Positions 9,032-18,322 are shown, numbered from the stretch's first letter. The stretch: DNA of 64,000 nt from a virus (IMGVR_UViG_3300037423_001636:13169-77168), one strand, 5' to 3'. Translations and numbers: made by a program. Notes: generated from the sequence alone by a model not told the origin.

Positions 9032-9342
9032 AGCCTTACATTTCGAACCCCGGCTACGAGGGAACGGTCAAGGTTCTTTGTGAGGCCGGCTACCACCGTT
9101 TACGACAATTCCGTTGTTCCGATTCCATGGAGCGTGGCGTCATTCCCGCAGAAGAGTTCATGGAGGTGTGGGTGGGCACCAAGGGCGTGCTCATTGTGCA
9201 GAAATGGACCAAGGGAAATGGGGCTCACGTCTATTTGGGATGGGGTGCGGGCCAAACGTTTGAGGAGCTGAAGGTGGCGCTGAATAATCCCAAACCGTCT
9301 CCACGGGAGACCACCAAGTCGCTAGACGCAGCAGAGCAATGA
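9028..9342 (+). CDS. hypothetical protein
   Basis: ATGA-coupled. Confidence 0.65.
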   Translation: MKPYISNPGYEGTVKVLCEAGYHRLRQFRCSDSMERGVIPAEEFMEVWVGTKGVLIVQKWTKGNGAHVYLGWGAGQTFEELKVALNNPKPSPRETTKSLDAAEQ

Positions 9343-9542
9343 AACAGCTCTACGAGCCACTCACCCGTGCCGAGATCAAGGCTATGACTCCTGCCGCCCG
9401 CGCTGATCGTTTAGCTTTGACCGAACATCAGTTATCGAATAAAGAACAAGCTCTTCAATGGATGGACCCCAAGCCCTATATGCTGGCGGAAATCGCCGGG
9501 CTGCGCGCCAATATCACTATACTGAAACGATTGAATACGTGA
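9339..9542 (+). CDS. hypothetical protein
   Basis: ATGA-coupled. Confidence 0.6.
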   Translation: MKQLYEPLTRAEIKAMTPAARADRLALTEHQLSNKEQALQWMDPKPYMLAEIAGLRANITILKRLNT

Positions 9543-10045
9543 ATCCCGTGAACCTAGAATCTCTCATCACCGCATACCGTGCCGGCCAGCAGGCCCAATT
9601 GCAATTGGCCCAGCGGGCACGCAAAGTCTTTCGGACAATCCAACGGTTCAATCTGAACGCGGTAAACGACATCAGGCGAATCCGCTCCTATCGGTCGGAA
9701 TACCTATGCGAGCATGGAATCGACCAACTTCCCCCAGACCCCATCTTCGCCGGCACTCAATGGTCGCGGGCAGACATTGAAGCCAATGGCGTGTCTATCG
9801 TATCTTCCGAATACATGGGCGATGAGGAATACGACTATCACACTTTCACCCTCCCATTTACCGCGCTCTGGCAGACAGACGATGAGATCGAGGCAACTTT
9901 GCGCGCTAATCTTACTCGATATCTGTCGGAGGTGGCCCAGCACGAAGAGCGGAAAGCGCGGGAAGCAGAGGAGGAAGCACGGCAGCGATACGAAGAGCTG
10001 AAAGCGCGGTTTGAGCCGCTAACTCCAGATAAGCTCCAAGAATAA
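9539..10045 (+). CDS. hypothetical protein with C-terminal coiled coil
   Basis: GTGA-coupled; ..RQRYEELKARFE. Confidence 0.65.
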   Translation: MNPVNLESLITAYRAGQQAQLQLAQRARKVFRTIQRFNLNAVNDIRRIRSYRSEYLCEHGIDQLPPDPIFAGTQWSRADIEANGVSIVSSEYMGDEEYDYHTFTLPFTALWQTDDEIEATLRANLTRYLSEVAQHEERKAREAEEEARQRYEELKARFEPLTPDKLQE

Positions 10046-10087
10046 GGACATGTCCCTATCGACATCGGTCTGACAATCTGCTACGCT
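10043..10087 (+). promoter_or_regulatory. palindrome + promoter element 5
   Basis: TAAGG-N6-CCCTA TCGACA N17 TACGCT. Confidence 0.8.
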
Positions 10088-10095
10088 CCACTCCA

Positions 10096-10620
10096 ATGAA
10101 TCACTCTCCCGAAACCATCCAAGAGCGACAAGAACGCCTCCAGCGCGAAATCAACGAACGCTACAAACTGCTCCACGCTATGGAAGCAGACATCGAGCGC
10201 GACACTCTAAAGCGGGCTTTGACCGCATTAGGCCAAGCCGGGGCAATCCTTGCTGTAGATTGCTGCCACGAAGAATGCATTGACGGTAAAGTGCTGACGA
10301 GCGACGGGCGACCCGACGGGTATGAACTCCAGAAGCTTGTCCCCGGTTTTCACAACTATCACGAATCAATGAGCGTCGTGCTGGACGATCTCCGCATCTC
10401 GCTGCGAGCTAATGACGGCATCATGAGTCTTGGAATTTACTACGAGAACAAGACTCTTTTGGAAGCGGGGGCCAAATACGATGAGAATCTGAAAGCCGCA
10501 AAATCTCTCATTCGGAGCTATGGCATCCAGCTTAGTGACGCGCCACTTCAACAAAAACGCTTGCAACTCATGAAAGATGCTGAAGAGCTAACGGACGCGA
10601 TCAAACGATTGAATGTTTGA
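10096..10620 (+). CDS. hypothetical protein
   Basis: Near-leaderless ORF. Confidence 0.7.
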   Translation: MNHSPETIQERQERLQREINERYKLLHAMEADIERDTLKRALTALGQAGAILAVDCCHEECIDGKVLTSDGRPDGYELQKLVPGFHNYHESMSVVLDDLRISLRANDGIMSLGIYYENKTLLEAGAKYDENLKAAKSLIRSYGIQLSDAPLQQKRLQLMKDAEELTDAIKRLNV

Positions 10621-10652
10621 ATCCAATCTAGATCACTGAGCCGAATTATTAC

Positions 10653-11003
10653 ATGAGCACTCTGACCAAACGTCGCTACGCCACCAATAAGCGTGCCGCG
10701 AAGCGTCGTGCGACATTGCCGCCAGAGCATGTCGGCCCTCGCTGGTATCGGTGGGGCATCGACAATCTCGACGATCCGATTGAATGGAACTACATCTACG
10801 GCTCGCCAGCTGACGCGCCAAAACAATCGTTGGAAAGCGGATGCTATATGGTCAGTGAACCCATTGATTATCCCCCGCTCGAATGGCTCGAAGCCGAGAA
10901 TGATCGCATGTCAGAAGAAGAGCGCCGGGTCCGGGACTACCAAGACTTGGTGTGGCGCACATTGGCCACAGCGCGCCACGTGATGGCAAAGGCGGAGCCA
11001 TGA
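10653..11003 (+). CDS. hypothetical protein
   Basis: ORF in gene string. Confidence 0.6.
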   Translation: MSTLTKRRYATNKRAAKRRATLPPEHVGPRWYRWGIDNLDDPIEWNYIYGSPADAPKQSLESGCYMVSEPIDYPPLEWLEAENDRMSEEERRVRDYQDLVWRTLATARHVMAKAEP

Positions 11004-11215
11004 CACCTGTTCAAGAGCAGCTCGTTCTTTCTGTTATGAAAAAGGTTAAAACTCTCCCCGGTCGCGATTTGCGGCATAAATGGAGACAGGCGCTGGCAAC
11101 CTACATTGGTTACGTTGAACTCGCTTCGCACGACAAGAACGTTCGACCAAAGGTGGCAGAATTTGAGGAGCTGTTGAAGGTGTTTATCGGCCAATCCAAG
11201 CCCGAACAATCCTGA
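11000..11215 (+). CDS. hypothetical protein
   Basis: ATGA-coupled. Confidence 0.55.
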   Translation: MTPVQEQLVLSVMKKVKTLPGRDLRHKWRQALATYIGYVELASHDKNVRPKVAEFEELLKVFIGQSKPEQS

Positions 11216-11216
11216 G

Positions 11217-11543
11217 ATGAACGACGGGGATTCTATACCCTATCACCTTCGGCCCGGCGCTCCTCAGCGCCGAGTAGTCTGCGCGGCCAATCGCATTGCT
11301 TCTGGCGAAATGGCGCTGGGTCCGCGACATTTTCACGCGCTCATGCACGTGGCGATCCAAGCCATGATTCACTCTGGTTCTGGTTCGCGGGCTGAGTGGA
11401 CTCAATCTGAACAAGGCTTCATTGATCAGTGGGGCACGTTCATGACGCGTGAAGAGGCTCTGGCCGTCGCGCTAGCGGCGGGTCAGCGACTCTATCGGTG
11501 CGGCGGCGACGAGACTCGACTTTTCAGCGAAAATCTCTACTGA
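11217..11543 (+). CDS. conserved phage hypothetical protein
   Basis: VVCAAN..GPRH..QGFIDQWG.F.TREEA..LFSENLY motif family. Confidence 0.75.
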   Translation: MNDGDSIPYHLRPGAPQRRVVCAANRIASGEMALGPRHFHALMHVAIQAMIHSGSGSRAEWTQSEQGFIDQWGTFMTREEALAVALAAGQRLYRCGGDETRLFSENLY

Positions 11544-11596
11544 TCCTACGCAATTCGACTTGACCATTGGGCTCTGGCATGCCTCAATCGAGACGC

Positions 11597-11935
11597 ATGC
11601 CATCCCGCATCTCTCTAGCCACGTCTCGCAAATCCAAGCAACGCATTCCCAACTGGAACACGAATCCAGACAAGATCACGCTCAATCAGCGAAAGAGCCT
11701 GAAAAGATTGGACCGGCTCATGGATAAATTCGTGAAGTCCATGGACACTCTGTCCTATCTGAATCTAGAGCAGAGCGAGGCGCTGATTGCGGATATGGAA
11801 TACGAAGTGATGCGCTACTTCCCATCTTCTTGGCCTGACGTACAGGCGCGTCTAAATGGTCTGATAACTGACCAGCAGATTGAGGGATCTTCCCTACAGA
11901 CAGACGACCAAGAGTGTGATAGAGTGGTCGCATGA
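11597..11935 (+). CDS. hypothetical protein
   Basis: ORF in gene string. Confidence 0.55.
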   Translation: MPSRISLATSRKSKQRIPNWNTNPDKITLNQRKSLKRLDRLMDKFVKSMDTLSYLNLEQSEALIADMEYEVMRYFPSSWPDVQARLNGLITDQQIEGSSLQTDDQECDRVVA

Positions 11936-12138
11936 AAACCGAAGCGCCTCAGCTATACGATGTCGTCGCCGTAGACATTTCTACCGGCAAGGTGGCCGCG
12001 CTGTTCGGGGAAGGCAAGACTCTCCGTAATGCCGAAGCCATCGTGAACATGGCTGTGATGCGCCGCGGCGTTGAGGAGCAATTCTACGCCGAAGTGCTCG
12101 CCGGTCAATTCAAGGTTGGAGACGCCTATTCGTCATGA
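11932..12138 (+). CDS. hypothetical protein
   Basis: ATGA-coupled. Confidence 0.6.
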   Translation: MKTEAPQLYDVVAVDISTGKVAALFGEGKTLRNAEAIVNMAVMRRGVEEQFYAEVLAGQFKVGDAYSS

Positions 12139-12368
12139 AGCTCCGAGTCACCAAACGCCTACGTCGCACCGGCACTCAGGCCCGCTATCTGGTTCGCTAT
12201 CAGGGTAAAAGCGCGCACGGTGCGGTGTTGCCCGACGTGATGAGATCAATCGGCTTAGCTCTGGTTACGTCCTATTTCCCCATCATTGACGGGCTGCTTA
12301 CCCAGATGCAGTCAATAGAACAGGCTACCGACACCATCGTGGTGCAAATCGAGACGAAAGAGAAATAG
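12135..12368 (+). CDS. hypothetical protein
   Basis: ATGA-coupled. Confidence 0.55.
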   Translation: MKLRVTKRLRRTGTQARYLVRYQGKSAHGAVLPDVMRSIGLALVTSYFPIIDGLLTQMQSIEQATDTIVVQIETKEK

Positions 12369-12449
12369 CGATGAACTGTCCCTACTGCATGGAAGCGGTG
12401 GAGATTCGGGCGCAATCGGGCCAGTGAGAGCGCCGTAAGTGCACGAATA

Positions 12450-12806
12450 ATGACCTTTCACCCCGCAAAACCGAACGACCATCTCTTCCACCGCTGGGTC
12501 TCCACTGGGGGCCGCTGGGAGCTGGGATTCTGGCGAGTCATGTTTGGAGTGAGAGTGCGGCTGGGGCTAGTCGGCAACGGCTGGTGTACTCTCGACCTCT
12601 GCGCCGGGGCCGATCCCGAGTTTCAAGCAGAGCTGTTGCGCACGGTTATGGCGGCGTTGATTCCATTCGACGAGAAAAGCTCGGAAAGACAGATTCAAGA
12701 TATGATTCCAGCGTATAGTGAAATAAAACCGATTAATCTGGACCCAAAAGCGTGGCCGCTGCTCCAGAATCTAGCACGCTCAGCCCTTGGTATCGAAGTG
12801 TCGTAA
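12450..12806 (+). CDS. hypothetical protein
   Basis: ORF in gene string. Confidence 0.65.
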   Translation: MTFHPAKPNDHLFHRWVSTGGRWELGFWRVMFGVRVRLGLVGNGWCTLDLCAGADPEFQAELLRTVMAALIPFDEKSSERQIQDMIPAYSEIKPINLDPKAWPLLQNLARSALGIEVS

Positions 12807-12835
12807 AGTGACATCAGAAAACCGGAGATTTTCAA

Positions 12836-13213
12836 ATGAAATACGACAAAACTACCCCCTGCGACAACTGTCCATTCAGGAGCGATAAACCGTTCCCTCT
12901 GGCTCCGGGACGTGTCCTTGAGATTGAACAGAGTCTTGTGCGCGGCGATTTCCCGTGCCACAAGACGACTGTGGAGACGGAGGACGAGCAGGGCTTCAGC
13001 GAGAGAGAAGCGACAGATAAAAGTCAGCATTGTGCCGGCGCTCTGATTCTGCTTGAGAAGCTGCAAAGCCCGTCGCAGATGATGAGGATATGCGAGCGCA
13101 TCGGATTGTATGATGCCCGCAAACTGGATATGTCAGCCCCGGTCTACGATTCGTGGGAAGAGATGGAGATCGGGTGTGGGCGGCGACGGCGGAATAAGGC
13201 GGCAAATCATTAA
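12836..13213 (+). CDS. conserved Cys/His-rich phage protein
   Basis: PCDNCPF..FPCHKT..QHCAGAL. Confidence 0.75.
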   Translation: MKYDKTTPCDNCPFRSDKPFPLAPGRVLEIEQSLVRGDFPCHKTTVETEDEQGFSEREATDKSQHCAGALILLEKLQSPSQMMRICERIGLYDARKLDMSAPVYDSWEEMEIGCGRRRRNKAANH

Positions 13214-13231
13214 CAACATCTCAATCCAGCG

Positions 13232-13276
13232 TAGGGCGAAGTCCCTATTGCGCCGAAAGCGCGAATCTGCTATATT
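13232..13276 (+). promoter_or_regulatory. palindrome + promoter element 6
   Basis: TAGGG-N6-CCCTA TTGCGC N17 TATATT. Confidence 0.8.
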
Positions 13277-13285
13277 CTGCTCACG

Positions 13286-13507
13286 ATGAATCCCAAAAAC
13301 ACCATTCGAGTCACTCTCGCCTACAATCCAAATGCCGGCGCTCTTGGGCGGTCTGAAAAGACACCTTATCAAATCACCAAGATTGTTGGTGCAGTCCGAA
13401 CGAGCGCCAAAAACTCTCACGTGGGCGACTATCTCACGGAGAATGAGGCTGTCTACCTGTCTATGGCAGCGGACACTGAGGTCACAGTTGTGCCGGCGAA
13501 AGGCTGA
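13286..13507 (+). CDS. hypothetical protein
   Basis: Near-leaderless ORF. Confidence 0.65.
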   Translation: MNPKNTIRVTLAYNPNAGALGRSEKTPYQITKIVGAVRTSAKNSHVGDYLTENEAVYLSMAADTEVTVVPAKG

Positions 13508-13532
13508 CGGCCAATTCACATCCCCTCTTCAC

Positions 13533-14003
13533 ATGAAACAATCTAAAAAATCCTCAATCAGCGCGGTAGTACTCGGCGCTGGCGTGTTGAACTGGCCTCG
13601 CGAAGAGCGAGTGGGAGACAGATATGGCATCGTCTTCCTCGGCCCCTCGTCCGGTGGCTATGCAATTCCAGACGGGACGCCTGTGGAATCCGCCAAGACT
13701 TATCGGCCAGTCAAGAAGCTGTGCGAAGGTCAAAGGGGCCGGCTGGTTGCGACAGTCCTTGAGACTCGGCGGTCGGGCCACATCGGAGACCTATTCCACG
13801 GCATTTCCCCGCGCACGCCGAAAGTGGGGCAAGAAATCGAGCTGGGCGAAGGCACGCTGTTTTTCGACACGCGCGAAGGAATGAGCGGATTTGGCGCTGG
13901 CCTGAAACCAGATGACGGCCGGGAAACCCTGTGGTTGAAGATCCGTTCGCTTTACGACTGCCACGATCAGACGGTGGAACTGAAATTCTATCCCGCGGAA
14001 TGA
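13533..14003 (+). CDS. hypothetical protein
   Basis: ETR.S.HIGDLFHG motif. Confidence 0.7.
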   Translation: MKQSKKSSISAVVLGAGVLNWPREERVGDRYGIVFLGPSSGGYAIPDGTPVESAKTYRPVKKLCEGQRGRLVATVLETRRSGHIGDLFHGISPRTPKVGQEIELGEGTLFFDTREGMSGFGAGLKPDDGRETLWLKIRSLYDCHDQTVELKFYPAE

Positions 14004-14019
14004 CGAGCCGAAACCAAGC

Positions 14020-14214
14020 ATGAAAATTTACTACGCGGAGACCGATCGCGGATGTGCCTTGCGCACGGCCGAAACGCTCGATAAAGCACGCGCCCAATTC
14101 AAGCGCGAGGTCGGTGAGGACAACGTACGTACTGTTCGCGAAGCAACCGAGAAAGACATTGATTGGGTGCGCGGGATGGGTGGCTACGTGCCGCCCTTTG
14201 TGAAGCTGGAGTGA
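14020..14214 (+). CDS. hypothetical protein
   Basis: REAT..DI.WVRGMGG.VP. Confidence 0.65.
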   Translation: MKIYYAETDRGCALRTAETLDKARAQFKREVGEDNVRTVREATEKDIDWVRGMGGYVPPFVKLE

Positions 14215-14237
14215 ATAAGGTTCAGGCTTTGAAAACC

Positions 14238-14594
14238 ATGAAAAAGACGACCAAGAAAAAACGCACTACGAAGACCAAGACGTTCCGGGTCTGGCGTCCT
14301 GCCTATCGTCCGTTCATCCACGGCGGCAACGTCAATGCTCCGATCTGCATTGAAACGCCCGCCGATGAAATCCACACTGCAAAGGGATTCTCTGTCGGAT
14401 TGATTCGCCATAAGGCCAAGACCCTCGTATTCTGCGCTGCAAGCGGTGGCGTCGTCGGTGACGATATCATGCAAGTGATGGACGATATCAAAACGGGCAA
14501 ACCATCAGTGATTCGGAAACAGATTGCGCAGGCGAAGCGCGAAGGGGCCGACGCAATAGCGGTCACTCCTGACGAATTTTTCGGAGTGAAATAA
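14238..14594 (+). CDS. hypothetical protein
   Basis: ORF with basic N-terminus. Confidence 0.6.
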   Translation: MKKTTKKKRTTKTKTFRVWRPAYRPFIHGGNVNAPICIETPADEIHTAKGFSVGLIRHKAKTLVFCAASGGVVGDDIMQVMDDIKTGKPSVIRKQIAQAKREGADAIAVTPDEFFGVK

Positions 14595-14636
14595 ATCCTT
14601 TCGTTAGTCCCTCAAATCCCCTTACAACTTTCCTTT

Positions 14637-15026
14637 ATGAAGACCCTCGAACAGATCAAGGCATACCCCGGCGGGGAGAACTGCAATCTCATCGACAGTC
14701 GAGATAAGAAACGCCTTCTGCAATTCCTGCCGGTCGAAAACTGGAAGGCACTCGGCTTTTCGCTGAAGGATGGCGCTGAAGTCCCGACCCCGACCCCGCT
14801 CACACGCGAAACCGTTCTTGAAAATCTCGCAAACGACTTGGAGTTTGCATTCGAGAAGGCTCACAACAAGCGCGGCATCTCGGCGTCGCTCATGGGCGAC
14901 GTTATCAAAATGTGGATGTGGATTCTCGACGACGAGGAGTTGATGAGGCCGCCTGAGTGGAGCGACTATGGCATAGCCTACTTGGAACGCGTCGCGAAGA
15001 AATATAGCCTCCCTGTCCCGGCCTGA
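14637..15026 (+). CDS. conserved phage hypothetical protein
   Basis: FAFEKA..KRGISASLM motif. Confidence 0.7.
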   Translation: MKTLEQIKAYPGGENCNLIDSRDKKRLLQFLPVENWKALGFSLKDGAEVPTPTPLTRETVLENLANDLEFAFEKAHNKRGISASLMGDVIKMWMWILDDEELMRPPEWSDYGIAYLERVAKKYSLPVPA

Positions 15027-15040
15027 CCGGAACGAAAATC

Positions 15041-15271
15041 ATGGACACTGCAACACTTCGACCCTCCGCAGTTGCGGCATTTAACGCCTTCGCTGAGGCA
15101 CTGTCAGGCGAGCCCGAGATTAAGCGGCTGACCGGCATTATTGACCGGCACGCCCAAATCGCAGCCGAAGCTCGCGTGCTCATTCACAACGGCGGCGCTG
15201 GCCCGAACAATGCCCAACTGCGGCGCGTGGATTACATCCTCAGAGAAATCGCCGGTCTACCGCGCGAGTAA
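15041..15271 (+). CDS. hypothetical protein (linker array)
   Basis: Bounded by GAACGAAA linkers. Confidence 0.6.
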   Translation: MDTATLRPSAVAAFNAFAEALSGEPEIKRLTGIIDRHAQIAAEARVLIHNGGAGPNNAQLRRVDYILREIAGLPRE

Positions 15272-15282
15272 CATCGAACGAA

Positions 15283-15444
15283 ATGGACCCGTTTAAGCCT
15301 ACTCTCCCAAAGATTCGCTGCCGATTTTGCAAAAGACTCGTCGGCGTATTTATCCCGGCCGGCGGCGATGGTTCCGCGTGGCTGTTTCGCAAACACAATA
15401 TCAACCGGGGCGTCGTCTGCAAAGGCACACGGCGCGAAGCTTGA
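15283..15444 (+). CDS. small Cys-containing protein (linker array)
   Basis: 53-aa MDPFKPTLPKIRCRFCKR.. between linkers; absent from ORF track. Confidence 0.55.
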   Translation: MDPFKPTLPKIRCRFCKRLVGVFIPAGGDGSAWLFRKHNINRGVVCKGTRREA

Positions 15445-15454
15445 GAACGAAACC

Positions 15455-15622
15455 ATGCCTACCGACACTGAAATACTGAACTGGCTCGCGCTCCGACTTG
15501 AGAAAGTTGGCTGGACCGAGCTGGAGCTAGACATCGAAGCGGAGCGCGACGACTGCTCCGACAACTTCGGCGATGATTTTCGCCGTGCCGTCGCAAACGC
15601 GATGAAGGTCAACCCCAACTGA
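15455..15622 (+). CDS. hypothetical protein (linker array)
   Basis: MPTDTEILNWL.. Confidence 0.6.
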   Translation: MPTDTEILNWLALRLEKVGWTELELDIEAERDDCSDNFGDDFRRAVANAMKVNPN

Positions 15623-15638
15623 CGGAACGAAACCACCC

Positions 15639-15881
15639 ATGCCTAACGACATTCCTTTAGTTCGACTTAGCCGCGACTACACGCAATGCGGCCTTTCGGC
15701 AAAGGCCCGAAACAATGCCGTGCGTGATGCCCACTGGGTCACAGCCTCTCCGCATGAGTGGGTTTGGACGCCGGAGCAGCAAGCCAACATGGCGCGCTAC
15801 GTTCTATGGGCATCGCAACGACTCGAAGCCATCCGGCAACTTGCGGCGGCCACGCCGCTGCTCCACGAGCCGAAAACCTGA
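15639..15881 (+). CDS. hypothetical protein (linker array)
   Basis: Bounded by linkers. Confidence 0.6.
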   Translation: MPNDIPLVRLSRDYTQCGLSAKARNNAVRDAHWVTASPHEWVWTPEQQANMARYVLWASQRLEAIRQLAAATPLLHEPKT

Positions 15882-15901
15882 ACGAAACTTAAAGGCAGCC
15901 G

Positions 15902-16336
15902 ATGAATCCAACGCGACTAGGCATTAATAAATGCGGAACCGGCCTCTGGGCATCTGAGCCAGTTCGCCGTCAGACATACGCCGAAGTTGAGTGGGTGACT
16001 TGGGACAAGGCGAAACCGTTCACAAGTAAGCTCTCTGCCGAGGATGTAATCCGAGGTTGCAATTTGCAGGACTGTGAAGTTTTACCGCTCGCAGACCCGA
16101 ATCCCCGACCGCGCCTGAGCGAAACGACTATGGACAACGATACAGCCAAGGAAGCCGACCGCCGACTTTTGCGCATGAAGGCGCTTTACCATACTTGCAT
16201 GTCGCAGGCGTGCTTTCGGCGCGAAGAAGCGGCGAAGGAAACCGAGGTTGACGAAGCGACCGCACTGCGGCGCGAGGCAACCGTGTTCGAGGAGTGTGCG
16301 GGCTGGCTCAAGGCCGCAACCGACGACTGCCGCTAA
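15902..16336 (+). CDS. hypothetical protein, probable fusion of two array units
   Basis: Internal linker variant and ATG at 16117-16132. Confidence 0.55.
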   Translation: MNPTRLGINKCGTGLWASEPVRRQTYAEVEWVTWDKAKPFTSKLSAEDVIRGCNLQDCEVLPLADPNPRPRLSETTMDNDTAKEADRRLLRMKALYHTCMSQACFRREEAAKETEVDEATALRREATVFEECAGWLKAATDDCR

Positions 16337-16347
16337 ACGGAAAATCT

Positions 16348-16539
16348 ATGCTCAACCCAACTGCCACTCCCGAGCCTTCCGCGACTGTGCATCGCGTTCA
16401 TTTCGTCATTCCCGACGCCACAGACGATCCTGAATTGGAGACGCTTTCTGTGATGATGCAGGCACTGAACTGGAAGCTTAAGGGCGACCTGCCCGCGAAG
16501 CGCCGTATCGTAGATTACCTGCGCAGCCGTCTGGAGTGA
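16348..16539 (+). CDS. hypothetical protein (linker array)
   Basis: Bounded by linker variants. Confidence 0.55.
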   Translation: MLNPTATPEPSATVHRVHFVIPDATDDPELETLSVMMQALNWKLKGDLPAKRRIVDYLRSRLE

Positions 16540-16559
16540 GAACAAAGAAGCGTTTTGTG

Positions 16560-16913
16560 ATGAAGACGAATCTCATTATGTCTGCGAAATCGGCGGCGGC
16601 GTTGATCGATGAGCTAATAATCGCCGCTCCGGAAATTCGTGGGGCGGGTATCTGCCGCAAGCTGCTCGCGCGCTTGGATAGATTTGACGACCGCAAGCTG
16701 AAGGCAGCTATTGCCACTACAAGCCGATTAGAACGAAGCTCTCGGCAGAAAAGAAACGTGATGCACTACACGACACCAACCACAGACGACAACATAGACC
16801 AGCGGGTGGAAGAGTGGCACGCGATCATCCCGAGCACCGTGCCGCTCCACGAGTGGCTAGGACTGACATGGGAACAATACGCCCGCTGGGGCGAGACGAA
16901 CAAGCTGGGTTGA
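16560..16913 (+). CDS. hypothetical protein, probable fusion; C-terminal WH..LHEWLGLTWEQY..W unit
   Basis: Internal linker at 16731, second ATG at 16761. Confidence 0.55.
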   Translation: MKTNLIMSAKSAAALIDELIIAAPEIRGAGICRKLLARLDRFDDRKLKAAIATTSRLERSSRQKRNVMHYTTPTTDDNIDQRVEEWHAIIPSTVPLHEWLGLTWEQYARWGETNKLG

Positions 16914-16922
16914 ACGAAAACG

Positions 16923-17327
16923 ATGAGCGACCACAACGAGCGCGCCTGCACCTACTGCGGAAGTTTCCTGCACCATGAATCTGCGTGCCCACAGCGCGAA
17001 AAATCTATGAGCAACACACCCCGCACTGATGCAGTTTACGCGAAGGTTCTCGAATCAAACGAGGGCCACGCTGACGACCTAATTACTCTGGTTAACTTCA
17101 CTCGCGGCCTTGAGCGCGAGCTGACGGCGCAAATCGAAGGGCACAAGCTGACGGCAAAAGAGGCGTCGGAAGCCGCCGTGCTGCGCGCCGCTGATCGCAA
17201 ACTACGCGCCGCCTTGGAGGACGCGGCAAAGAGCTGGGAAAAGGAAGCCGCCGACACCAACTGGAACGGCCACATCCGCTCCACCTACGACTCGTGCGCG
17301 AAAGACCTTCGCGAATTGCTACGCTGA
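16923..17327 (+). CDS. hypothetical protein (MSNTPRTDA-type)
   Basis: Internal second start at 17007. Confidence 0.6.
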   Translation: MSDHNERACTYCGSFLHHESACPQREKSMSNTPRTDAVYAKVLESNEGHADDLITLVNFTRGLERELTAQIEGHKLTAKEASEAAVLRAADRKLRAALEDAAKSWEKEAADTNWNGHIRSTYDSCAKDLRELLR

Positions 17328-17336
17328 GAACGAACC

Positions 17337-17663
17337 ATGCCTACCACGAAAAAGCGGAAGCCGATTTCAAACCGGGAGCTGAACGGGCTCATGCACGACG
17401 CGATGCTGCACCAACTCCTCGACCAGCTTGGAGCGCCGAAAGAACAGAGCGGCGGCGTGCTATCGCCATTTGGCCGGCTGCGGCGAATCGCGCCGGCACT
17501 TCTCGCGGACAAGGCGCGCATGGACTGGCTCTGCAAATTCACCGAGTTCCGGTTCCGCGTCTATGACTCGAAGGAGCGGAAATTCCTCACGGAGAACTTG
17601 GCGCAGGGCGTCGTCATCCGCCCCGTCGTTGATGCCGCGATGGCGAAGTATCCCAACCCCTGA
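17337..17663 (+). CDS. hypothetical protein (linker array)
   Basis: DKARMDWL motif; bounded by linkers. Confidence 0.6.
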   Translation: MPTTKKRKPISNRELNGLMHDAMLHQLLDQLGAPKEQSGGVLSPFGRLRRIAPALLADKARMDWLCKFTEFRFRVYDSKERKFLTENLAQGVVIRPVVDAAMAKYPNP

Positions 17664-17671
17664 GAACGAAA

Positions 17672-17827
17672 ATGCTCTGGAAATTCATCCATAATCGCTG
17701 CTGGTTCGGATTCTGGTGGGCGTCGATTTGCTCAGCTCACTACCACAACGATTCGAAGTGCTCGCGTTGTCGGTCTGGTTATTGGACACGCACCAATTCA
17801 CCGCGCCTTTTTGGGCGCAAAAGATAG
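17672..17827 (+). CDS. small Cys/His-rich protein (linker array)
   Basis: 51-aa ..SICSAH....CSRCRSG.W; absent from ORF track. Confidence 0.55.
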   Translation: MLWKFIHNRCWFGFWWASICSAHYHNDSKCSRCRSGYWTRTNSPRLFGRKR

Positions 17828-17841
17828 CGAACGAGTCTCCC

Positions 17842-18042
17842 ATGAAAATCGACCTACTGCCGTTCACCATCCCCAACTTTGTGCGTATGGCATCGAAGCC
17901 GGGTCTGCGCCAAGAGGGATTTAAGGAATCGCCAGCGTTTCCGTTGGCTGACGTTCCAGCGGAAGACCTCGCCGCGCTCTGCGACCAATTCCGCGCCGAC
18001 GTGTTTGCGAAGGCAGGCAAGCCGGACCCCGCGAAGAAATAG
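17842..18042 (+). CDS. hypothetical protein (linker array)
   Basis: PF..PNFV..LCDQFRADVF.KAGK.DP. Confidence 0.65.
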   Translation: MKIDLLPFTIPNFVRMASKPGLRQEGFKESPAFPLADVPAEDLAALCDQFRADVFAKAGKPDPAKK

Positions 18043-18050
18043 GCGAACGA

Positions 18051-18266
18051 ATGCACGACGCCGAACAGTTCACCTCCGCCGCGTGGCAATCACTCAAGCA
18101 GCAATGCTGCGTGAATCCAGAGACCGCCGTGCGCTGCGTCATGGTTTCCGAAGAAGCCTTTCGCGCAGCTATGGAAAAGGTTCTCCGCGAACGCGCGGAC
18201 TCTAATGAGGAAGAGTGCGGAGGTAGAAGGCCGCCTGCCAAAGGAAACGAAGGACAGGTGGATTGA
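18051..18266 (+). CDS. hypothetical protein
   Basis: Last unit after linker. Confidence 0.5.
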   Translation: MHDAEQFTSAAWQSLKQQCCVNPETAVRCVMVSEEAFRAAMEKVLRERADSNEEECGGRRPPAKGNEGQVD

Positions 18267-18322
18267 GTGGTGCCGCAGTGAGCGCGAGACTCCAGATTAG
18301 AATAGATTAGAATAAAATGGAA

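Larger units (their letters stand above)
15030..18051 (+). repeat. dispersed GAACGAA(A) gene-junction linker (about 14 copies)
   Basis: At 15030, 15276, 15445, 15625, 15880, 16731, 16912, 17328, 17664, 18045; variants at 16117, 16335, 16540, 17829. Confidence 0.7.

Noticed and set aside
15026-18051. Canonical integron attC sites
   Set aside because: Intergenic gaps of about 8-25 bp cannot hold attC hairpins; no integrase in the window
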